Position numbers and translations under genes: made by a program
DNA from: a virus
Lineage: Duplodnaviria > Caudoviricetes
Strand: one strand, 5' to 3'
Virus record (IMG/VR): IMGVR_UViG_3300030012_002336
Location: 9,950 to 73,949 of that record
Length of the DNA: 64,000 nucleotides
The notes under the pieces: model-generated
Told to the model about the DNA's origin: nothing
The model's database searches: none
Seen by the model: the letters and a program-made list of their open reading frames with translations, nothing else
Shown here: piece by piece, positions 18,187 to 25,981 of the stretch
How the letters are laid out: each line of letters starts with the position of its first letter
Position numbering within the stretch: the first letter of the stretch is position 1

Positions 18187-21170
18187 TATAGTTTAATTAT
18201 CTTCTTAGTTATTCTTATTTTATCATATGTGATAATCAAATTATACATACCATTAGGATAATCTGATAAATCAACTCTTTTTATATTGTCTACTTCAATA
18301 ATCTCACCTACTATATTGTACAATTCTACATCAATATTTAATCTTGTTTCTATTGTAAATGTATTTGCTGTTGGATTAGGGTATACAATAATATCACTAC
18401 CGGATAGTTCATCAATATTAACTGGCCATCCTTCTTCACAATAATTATACATAGATTGACAGGTCTCATCCCATATCTCAGTACAACAATAGTTATCTAT
18501 ATCTATAACCCAAGCATAACAAGGATCGTTTAACCAATAAGGTTCTCCAGGCCCACCATAGCAACCAGCATCATAAAGACAAATACTATTGTCTGGTAAG
18601 TTAACTAGCGGATCATAGTTGTATGCATTAGGATCAGCACATCCTTCTATTATAACTACACAGCTACCATCATCAAAGCAAGCATCTTCATCATAGTTTA
18701 GTGCAGTGGTATCAGTACAACCTCCAAGATAACAACAAGAGTTATCTAAAGTATTTGCTAGCGGATCAAAGTTAAGAGCTGTTGTATCTGTACAACCATA
18801 TACAAATTCTATACAAGTACCATTATCTGTGTTAGCAGCTGGATCATAGTTAAATGCTGTGCTATCTATACACCCATATATTACAGGTACACATGAACCA
18901 TTGTCTGTATTAGCTGTAGCGTCATAGTTAAAAGCAGTAGGGTCTGTACAACCGTATACTATACCAATACAACTGCCATCATCATCAGTTGCTTCCGGCA
19001 TATAGTTAATAGCAGCTACACTAGTGCATCCTAGTATTTCAAGCTCATCACAAATTCCATCTGAGTCAGCATCATTTATACATATATCACTGCAGTTATA
19101 ATACTGATCAGGATAAGTACATCCTCCACTATCTGCATTTGCACCTGGATTATAGTTGCATGCTGAAGAGTCAGTGCAACCTAAATATATACAAGCACCA
19201 TCATCCTCATTTGCATCTGCATTGTAGTTCCAAGCTGTATTATCAGTACACCCAACTACAAGAGCTACACAAGAATCATCATCTACATTAGCTTCTGGAT
19301 TGTAGTTAAATGCTAAATCATTTGTGCAACCTTCTACTACAGGTTCACATGATCCGTCATCAGTATTTGCATCTTCATTATAGTTAAATGCTGTTGGGTC
19401 TAAACAACCAACAACTGTAGGTATACAGTATGTACCACAAAAAGGTATGTCTATATACTTTGTCCAGAAAGGAGATGTAAAGTTTTGTAGAGCACCTTGA
19501 CCGTTATCTGCAAATGGATTATAACCTTCATACATTAGTTCAACACCATTAGCATTAGTTAGCTTAAATGAATTGTGCCAGGTTTGAAACTCTACTTCTT
19601 GAGGTGGTTGCTGTGGCCCTCCTACCTCAAAGTAATATACTTCAACTGGCACACCTGGATCTAGTATAAGACCAAATGTTTGTTCATAAGATCCTGGGCC
19701 CATTGTATATGTACCTATTATGAGACCATTCTGCATAATTCCCAAGTAAGAATTACCCCAACCATCACCTCCTGCATCACCTATCCATAGTTCATAGTTG
19801 CAGTCTGGAACTAAATCCATTATAGTTGCATTAGGATCATAGTTAAAAGCATTTGGGTTAGTGCATCCATAAGTGTGTAATGTAGCACATGACTCATCAT
19901 CTTCATTAGCTTCCGGGTTAAACTCAACATAGTCATCATCTATACAACCAGGTATTGCTGGTATAGTAGGACAAGGGTTTGCATTTTGTGCTCCTGAATA
20001 TAATACATCACCAAAGCCTGCATTATCCATATTCCATAAAGTATCTCCAGCACAATCATAAACTACAATTGTGCCATCCATGTTACCACCTGAAGAAGAC
20101 CCTGCCATACCATCACCATAAGTATCTGTAACAATTAATTCCCATGGTGCAATTTGATCTACACAAAAAGTATAAGTATATGTTTGACCTATATCTTGAA
20201 AGTTATATGATCCACTAGGCATTTCCATGCCTTGTCCAGAATTGGTAACCATTGTCCAACCTGTTTCTCCTGGCCAGTTGTCAAACATAATCTCCATTGT
20301 AATTTGATATTGAGATGTAGTATCACAAGATGTTCCTGTGCAAGTACCATCATCAAATGTTGCCCATGGGTTATAAGCTATTTGTGTGGGATCTGTACAG
20401 CCAGCAATGCATGGAGATGGTGTATAAGCTATTGTATCAGACACAGAACCATCTATAAATTCTAATACACAGTAGTGCTCTACACTCCAGTTAGGTGGCA
20501 TTTGTCCATTACCTGCTATAAATCCAAAGTTATTTACAGGAGCTGGTGGAAAGCTTATAGGACCTAAACCTTCTTCATTTGATACAAGAATATTAGTTAC
20601 TTCACAATTAGGATTGTAGTCATCTAATGTCCATTCAAATATTATTTGTGTTTGTGTTCCACCACCTATACATATATCATATACATTAGATGTAAGAATC
20701 CCATCACAACCTGGATACTCACATGAGCCATCATCCACAGTTGCAGCAGGATTAAAGTTTATTGCTAAAGAATCTAAACATCCAGCAATAGGGGGTGCAC
20801 AAGGAGCTATAGTTAATGTATCTACTAATTGTAATCCAAAGTCACCTTCTGCATAGAATAGTGTATCTTGACATTCATTTTGTATAAGAAACCAACCATC
20901 AGTTCCTCCCCATTGAGAAGCTCCAAGACCATCACCATAGTCATCATCTAATTCAATAATATACTCTCCTGCTAATACATTTATAACTGTATCATATAGT
21001 GTAAGTTCTGCTAGAGAAGAGTCTGTAGCAGCTATAGCAGCACCGCTAATATCATATATAGACCATGAAGTTTCTTCTGGATAGTCATCTGTTTGTAGTT
21101 GAACATTTATCCAAGATTCTTGCGTAAATACTAGTATTGGTACTAGTAAAAAGAATATTAGTTTTTTCAT
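18186..21170 (-). CDS. Secreted Cys/Asp-rich repeat protein with T9SS type A C-terminal sorting domain
   Basis: Signal peptide; about 14 GCTDxxAxNYxPxAxxDDGSC repeats; DxxGDG domains; CTD IIVYPNPT...PNGMYNL...KKIIKL. Confidence 0.85.
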   Translation of the reverse strand: MKKLIFFLLVPILVFTQESWINVQLQTDDYPEETSWSIYDISGAAIAATDSSLAELTLYDTVINVLAGEYIIELDDDYGDGLGASQWGGTDGWFLIQNECQDTLFYAEGDFGLQLVDTLTIAPCAPPIAGCLDSLAINFNPAATVDDGSCEYPGCDGILTSNVYDICIGGGTQTQIIFEWTLDDYNPNCEVTNILVSNEEGLGPISFPPAPVNNFGFIAGNGQMPPNWSVEHYCVLEFIDGSVSDTIAYTPSPCIAGCTDPTQIAYNPWATFDDGTCTGTSCDTTSQYQITMEIMFDNWPGETGWTMVTNSGQGMEMPSGSYNFQDIGQTYTYTFCVDQIAPWELIVTDTYGDGMAGSSSGGNMDGTIVVYDCAGDTLWNMDNAGFGDVLYSGAQNANPCPTIPAIPGCIDDDYVEFNPEANEDDESCATLHTYGCTNPNAFNYDPNATIMDLVPDCNYELWIGDAGGDGWGNSYLGIMQNGLIIGTYTMGPGSYEQTFGLILDPGVPVEVYYFEVGGPQQPPQEVEFQTWHNSFKLTNANGVELMYEGYNPFADNGQGALQNFTSPFWTKYIDIPFCGTYCIPTVVGCLDPTAFNYNEDANTDDGSCEPVVEGCTNDLAFNYNPEANVDDDSCVALVVGCTDNTAWNYNADANEDDGACIYLGCTDSSACNYNPGANADSGGCTYPDQYYNCSDICINDADSDGICDELEILGCTSVAAINYMPEATDDDGSCIGIVYGCTDPTAFNYDATANTDNGSCVPVIYGCIDSTAFNYDPAANTDNGTCIEFVYGCTDTTALNFDPLANTLDNSCCYLGGCTDTTALNYDEDACFDDGSCVVIIEGCADPNAYNYDPLVNLPDNSICLYDAGCYGGPGEPYWLNDPCYAWVIDIDNYCCTEIWDETCQSMYNYCEEGWPVNIDELSGSDIIVYPNPTANTFTIETRLNIDVELYNIVGEIIEVDNIKRVDLSDYPNGMYNLIITYDKIRITKKIIKL
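18575..19420 (-). repeat. Array of about 10 GCTD...DDGSC peptide repeats
   Basis: Visible in the translation of the 994-aa ORF; period about 25-27 aa. Confidence 0.85.
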
Positions 21171-21173
21171 ATG

Positions 21174-21497
21174 TTAAAATTTATTAGCAAGTAGTTCATC
21201 AATATATGCTTGCACTTCTTTTGCATCTGCCTTCATAGTAAATGATATATCTGCTTGATATCTTTTTACTTCTTCACCATCATCAAATATTATAATTGTA
21301 GGAACTACTGCTATATTATGCTTTTCTTGTTGTTTTGGTTTGTCTGCTATATCTACATATGCTATATCACAGTCTACTAAATCATTACACCATTCTACAT
21401 CATTTGTAGAGTTCCACCCTGCATTATATTGAATAACTTCTACCTGCCCATAGACAATAGAAGACATTAAACAAAATATAAAAAATATATTTTTCAT
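21174..21497 (-). CDS. Exported thioredoxin-fold protein lacking CxxC
   Basis: Signal peptide; YNAGWNSTN at the WCxxC position; NIAVVPTIIIFDDGEEVKR cis-Pro motif. Confidence 0.7.
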   Translation of the reverse strand: MKNIFFIFCLMSSIVYGQVEVIQYNAGWNSTNDVEWCNDLVDCDIAYVDIADKPKQQEKHNIAVVPTIIIFDDGEEVKRYQADISFTMKADAKEVQAYIDELLANKF

Positions 21498-21775
21498 TTT
21501 AATCTATCTATTTTATCCTCTATACGTTTTAAATCTTCTTTTATTTCCTCAACATCATCTTGAGTATTTTGAATTGTTAAACGTATATTTTTATCTTTCA
21601 TATCAAACTCCATTCTTGTCACATCTGGATTTGGTGGTATAGGTAGTTCTTTAGCCTCAGCAATATCTGCCTGTAGAACAAACCACATACTTACTAAAGT
21701 AGTAATTAAAAAACCTATTCCACCAAGTGTCTTTAGGCTTATTTCAAATTTTGAATCTTCTGATAGTTCTTTCAT
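21494..21775 (-). CDS. Single-TM coiled-coil protein
   Basis: Hydrophobic helix at residues ~17-34; C-terminal heptads VEEIKEDLKRIEDKIDRL. Confidence 0.7.
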   Translation of the reverse strand: MKELSEDSKFEISLKTLGGIGFLITTLVSMWFVLQADIAEAKELPIPPNPDVTRMEFDMKDKNIRLTIQNTQDDVEEIKEDLKRIEDKIDRLK

Positions 21776-22170
21776 TTTATACCTCCTTTTCTCATATAAC
21801 CATTACCTGAAAATATAATCATCTTATCTTTATTTGCACCTCCTCTTTTCTTTGGTGATGACTTAGGCCCTGGATTTGATGTTTTTAATTTTCTTACATT
21901 ATTTGTCATTGAAGTCAATTGATTTTGATTTTCTAAAAGTTTGTTTTGACTCTCAATTAGTTGGTTATTGAGTTGAAGTTGTTTAATAATCTCTTTTTGA
22001 TTATTCATTATAGATTGCTGATTGAGTTCAGCTTGCTCTTGTGGTGTAGGCATTCTATTAGGATCTGGTTGTGGGATATTAACAAAATCAGTTATAGGTG
22101 GTCTTCCAATTCTAGAAACCTTTCTAGGACTGTCTCCTCCTGTTCTATATTTTATTGTACGTCTATACAT
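21772..22170 (-). CDS. Basic/Gln-rich protein with GG motifs
   Basis: Probable start MYRRTIKYRTGG; also KKRGG and MRKGG. Confidence 0.6.
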   Translation of the reverse strand: MYRRTIKYRTGGDSPRKVSRIGRPPITDFVNIPQPDPNRMPTPQEQAELNQQSIMNNQKEIIKQLQLNNQLIESQNKLLENQNQLTSMTNNVRKLKTSNPGPKSSPKKRGGANKDKMIIFSGNGYMRKGGIK

Positions 22171-22558
22171 CCCAATCAACACCTATATTTCCAGTATTTA
22201 CACCAAATAATTCTGTATTAGGTAAAATTTCTAATACTCTAGAGCTTCCTGGGTTATTATCTGTAAGGAACGCTAATATTCCATCTGCAAGTTTAAAAGA
22301 AAAAGTGCTAGGAAGAGCTCCACTATCATTATTAATTGTAAAACTACAATCTTTTTTAGTATGTTCAAAGAATGTTCCATTATGGCCAGCTTCTTTAATT
22401 GTAACAATTAATTTATTTCCAGCATTGTGTTTTATTATTACATTATTATCACACGGTATTGATAGTATATCACTACTATCAGTATCATGAATTATGATAA
22501 ATTTTGGAAGAGCTGGAGTTAGTTGCTCAAATGATCTTGTGTCTTTACTATATCCCAT
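22163..22558 (-). CDS. Hypothetical protein (paralog of the next ORF)
   Basis: LPKFIII...DILSIPCDNNVIIK. Confidence 0.65.
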   Translation of the reverse strand: MGYSKDTRSFEQLTPALPKFIIIHDTDSSDILSIPCDNNVIIKHNAGNKLIVTIKEAGHNGTFFEHTKKDCSFTINNDSGALPSTFSFKLADGILAFLTDNNPGSSRVLEILPNTELFGVNTGNIGVDWDV

Positions 22559-22577
22559 TTTTTAAATTTTTATATTG

Positions 22578-22988
22578 TTAAGCGTTAGCATTAAAATCTA
22601 TAGCTAATCCTGTTACATTTACAGAAGATGGTATAGTACTTAAATTATCCCCATCTAATCTTATTACCCCACCATTAGCCCCATCATTTGGATTAGTAGT
22701 TCCAACTCCTGCAATAACGTTTGTTAAATCTCTTATTAATCTACCCCTATCTCCAGCAGCACATGTTAGCTTAATTGCTACATCTTTAATATCTGCACCA
22801 ATATTAGCATGACCAGCATCTAAACAAATTATACTTACGGTTGTAGTATTACTTGACTCTGCTTTTATAAACACTTTATTATTCAATCCAATTGGAACTA
22901 TTATTGTGTCTCTTAGAGTAGAACCAACATTTGTAGTATGTTTAGCTATTAAATATTTAGGTAAATGTCTTGTTTTTAACTTATCCAT
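22578..22988 (-). CDS. Hypothetical protein (paralog of the previous ORF)
   Basis: LPKYLIA...DTIIVPIGLNNKVFIK. Confidence 0.65.
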   Translation of the reverse strand: MDKLKTRHLPKYLIAKHTTNVGSTLRDTIIVPIGLNNKVFIKAESSNTTTVSIICLDAGHANIGADIKDVAIKLTCAAGDRGRLIRDLTNVIAGVGTTNPNDGANGGVIRLDGDNLSTIPSSVNVTGLAIDFNANA

Positions 22989-23000
22989 AATTATAAATTT

Positions 23001-23564
23001 TTATAGTACACCATTTGCTCCAGTTGCTCCTCTACGGCCACCGCCTCTAGAACCTATAGCTTTATTATATTCAGAAACTTCACTTGCCAAACTTCTTTGT
23101 TTTGCTGTATTTCTGCTTTCAGCTGCTGCTCTTGCTACTTCAGATGCTAATGCTTGTGATTGATTCCTTTGTACAGTAGCTAGGTCTCTTGGATCAGCTA
23201 AACGAACATTAATTGGACTTTTTGCTCCAGGTGGTGTATATTGAACAATACCCTTTCCTGGTCCTTTTGCTAGACTAGCAGATTTAAATGTTCTTGGATC
23301 TACTCTATTAACTAATTTTGGTAATGGTTCTGGTTTAAATTTTGTTTGTTTTACATTAGGTTTTTCTAATGTATCTCTTTTAATAGGGTTTCTAGTACCT
23401 GCTGTTTTAAACCTCTGAGAAAATTTACTAAAAGGAAGCTTAGTTTGAGGCTTTATTAGTAACTGGGCATTTAAGTTATTACTTGGTGTAATACTTTGTA
23501 ATGCATCATTTGTTCTTTGACCATGAGATTGTTTCTCTTGGTTTGCTCTTTTTCTTGACGCCAT
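23001..23564 (-). CDS. Basic, likely disordered protein ending in GANGVL
   Basis: K/R/P/Q-rich 187 aa; first gene after the late motif at 23611. Confidence 0.7.
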   Translation of the reverse strand: MASRKRANQEKQSHGQRTNDALQSITPSNNLNAQLLIKPQTKLPFSKFSQRFKTAGTRNPIKRDTLEKPNVKQTKFKPEPLPKLVNRVDPRTFKSASLAKGPGKGIVQYTPPGAKSPINVRLADPRDLATVQRNQSQALASEVARAAAESRNTAKQRSLASEVSEYNKAIGSRGGGRRGATGANGVL

Positions 23565-23587
23565 AACTTTAATTAATTAATTATTAT

Positions 23588-23595
23588 TATATTTG
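23588..23595 (+). promoter_or_regulatory. Bacteroidota-type -7 promoter element for the nrdJ islet
   Basis: TATATTTG 40 nt upstream of ATG 23636. Confidence 0.55.
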
Positions 23596-23610
23596 CTTTT
23601 CTTATATAGA

Positions 23611-23621
23611 TAATATACAAA
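23611..23621 (-). promoter_or_regulatory. Putative phage late promoter TTTGTATATTA
   Basis: Recurrent motif upstream of a - strand operon. Confidence 0.55.
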
Positions 23622-23635
23622 AAAAACTTTGAAAT

Positions 23636-23821
23636 ATGAAAACACATGAATTTAAAATAGAATTTCTAACAGATAGTCCACTATTAGGACTACATATGAC
23701 ACAATTTGATAGAAAGAATAGTGATACCTTAAGATGGAATCCAACCATGAAAATCTCTTTAGGTTTTCTATTTTTTCATTTTACTTACATAAATACAGAT
23801 TATACAATAGAAAAGGATTAA
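23636..23821 (+). CDS. Hypothetical 61-aa protein
   Basis: ORF between the promoter and nrdJ; beta-rich, SLGFLFFHF. Confidence 0.55.
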   Translation: MKTHEFKIEFLTDSPLLGLHMTQFDRKNSDTLRWNPTMKISLGFLFFHFTYINTDYTIEKD

Positions 23822-23890
23822 ATTTTCACTATATTATTATTACCTGACTATCTCAGGTATCTCAATTATTAACTACTAAATACAATAAAA

Positions 23891-25750
23891 ATGGAATTGA
23901 ATAACAAGATTCTAAGTGATATCACTGTCCATATGAAATATGCACGGTATAATCCTGAATTAAAAAGAAGAGAGACCTGGGAAGAACTGGTCACTAGAAA
24001 TATGAATATGCACCTTAAAAGATATCCTAAACTGTCAGATGATATAAAAGGGGCCTATGACTATGTACTTGATAAAAAAGTACTACCATCTATGAGATCT
24101 ATGCAGTTTGGTGGCAAACCAATAGAAATTTCTCCTAATAGAATATATAACTGTGCTTATCTTCCTATAGATAGTGTAGATGCATTTAGTGAAACTATGT
24201 TTTTACTACTTGGAGGAACCGGTGTTGGTTACTCTGTACAAAGACATCATGTAGATAAACTACCACTAATTAATAAACCATATAAAAAAAGAACAAGACG
24301 TTACCTAATTGGTGACTCTATAGAGGGCTGGGCAGATGCTATTAAGATGTTAATGAAATCTTATTTAAATGGTAAAAGCTCACGTATAGTATTTGACTAT
24401 TCAGATATCAGACCAAAAGGTGCTAGACTAGTAACATCAGGTGGTAAAGCTCCTGGACCACAACCATTAAAAGAATGTATACTTAAGATTACAGGTGTTC
24501 TTCAAAATAAAGAAGATGGTGATTCACTTAGTACACTTGAAGCACATGATATCATATGTTACATAGCTGATGCTGTATTAGCTGGTGGTATTAGACGTGC
24601 TGCTCTTATTAGCTTATTTAGTGCTGATGATGATGAAATGATATCTTGCAAGTCTGGTGCATGGTGGGAACTTAACCCTCAGCGTGGTAGAGCTAATAAC
24701 TCTGCTGTTCTTATGAGACATAAGATAACTAAATCTTTCTTTATGGATCTATGGAAAAGAGTTGAGTTAAGTAAAGCCGGTGAACCTGGTATCTACTTTA
24801 ATAATGATAAAGACTGGGGTACAAACCCATGTTGTGAAATTGCTTTACGTCCTTTTCAGTTCTGTAACTTATGTGAAGTTAATGTAAGTAATATTGAGTC
24901 TCAAGAAGATCTTGAACTAAGAGTCAAAGCTGCTGCATTTATAGGGACACTTCAAGCAGGATATACTAACTTCCACTATCTCAGACCAGTATGGCAAGAG
25001 ACTACAGAAAAAGATGCACTAATTGGTGTATCTATGACTGGTATAGGATCTGGTAGAATACTTGGTTATGATATGGAAGCTGCTGCTAAAGTGGTTAATA
25101 AAGAGAATTCACGTGTTGCTAAATTAATTGGTATCAGAAGAGCTGCTAGAACAACAACAGTAAAACCTGCTGGTACAACATCATTAACATTAGGGACTAG
25201 CTCTGGTATACATGCATGGCATAATGATTACTACATTAGAAGAATACGTGTAGGTAAGAATGAAGCTATATATACATACCTTGCTAACAATCATCCTGCT
25301 CTTGTAGAGGATTGTGTGTTCCGTGGTCATGATACTGCTGTAATAAGCATACCTCAATCAGCACCTAAAGGTTCTATTCTTAGAACTGAGTCTGCTTTTC
25401 AATTGCTTGAAAGAGTAAAAAGAGTGGCAACTGAGTGGGTGAAGACTGGACATAGATCTGGATCTAATACTCATAATGTATCTGCTACTATCAGTTTAAA
25501 AGATGAAGACTGGGAGTTAGCTGGTGACTGGATGTGGAAAAATAGAGATCATTACAATGGTCTAGCTGTTCTTCCATATGACGGAGGTACTTATACCCAA
25601 GCTCCTTTTGAAGATATTTCTAAAGAAAAGTATGATGAAATGGCTAAGTCATTAATGGATATTGATCTATCTCAGATCATTGAAGAAAATGATGAAACCA
25701 ATCTAACAGGAGAGCTAGCATGTGCTGGTGGTAATTGTGAAGTCAAGTAA
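23891..25750 (+). CDS. nrdJ: Class II (adenosylcobalamin-dependent) ribonucleotide reductase
   Basis: RRETWEE, YNCAY, GGTGVGYS, GGIRRAA, TNPCCEI, CNLCEVN, TVKPAGT, C-terminal CAGGNC; no beta-subunit gene nearby. Confidence 0.92.
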   Translation: MELNNKILSDITVHMKYARYNPELKRRETWEELVTRNMNMHLKRYPKLSDDIKGAYDYVLDKKVLPSMRSMQFGGKPIEISPNRIYNCAYLPIDSVDAFSETMFLLLGGTGVGYSVQRHHVDKLPLINKPYKKRTRRYLIGDSIEGWADAIKMLMKSYLNGKSSRIVFDYSDIRPKGARLVTSGGKAPGPQPLKECILKITGVLQNKEDGDSLSTLEAHDIICYIADAVLAGGIRRAALISLFSADDDEMISCKSGAWWELNPQRGRANNSAVLMRHKITKSFFMDLWKRVELSKAGEPGIYFNNDKDWGTNPCCEIALRPFQFCNLCEVNVSNIESQEDLELRVKAAAFIGTLQAGYTNFHYLRPVWQETTEKDALIGVSMTGIGSGRILGYDMEAAAKVVNKENSRVAKLIGIRRAARTTTVKPAGTTSLTLGTSSGIHAWHNDYYIRRIRVGKNEAIYTYLANNHPALVEDCVFRGHDTAVISIPQSAPKGSILRTESAFQLLERVKRVATEWVKTGHRSGSNTHNVSATISLKDEDWELAGDWMWKNRDHYNGLAVLPYDGGTYTQAPFEDISKEKYDEMAKSLMDIDLSQIIEENDETNLTGELACAGGNCEVK

Positions 25751-25889
25751 ATTTAGTCCATATTTTTACAAGGACAAAGACGGTAATACAGTCATGACCG
25801 TAGCATATCATCTAAAAAGAGGATATTGTTGTGGAAGTGGCTGTAAACACTGTCCTTTTAAAACAAAAGACCCAAAGCAAAAGCGCTGA
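25737..25889 (+). CDS. DUF5522-like Cys-rich 50-aa protein (not in ORF track)
   Basis: GTG start; MTVAYHLKRGYCCGSGCKHCPF motif. Confidence 0.75.
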   Translation: MKSSKFSPYFYKDKDGNTVMTVAYHLKRGYCCGSGCKHCPFKTKDPKQKR

Positions 25890-25937
25890 TCATTATCATT
25901 ATATATATGTAATTGGTAACATTTACTCTCATATAAA

Positions 25938-25948
25938 TAATATACAAA
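25938..25948 (-). promoter_or_regulatory. Putative phage late promoter TTTGTATATTA
   Basis: Third exact copy; points antisense into the nrdJ islet. Confidence 0.45.
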
Positions 25949-25981
25949 TCTAATATTAAGTATATGTTAAGGAATTGTTAA

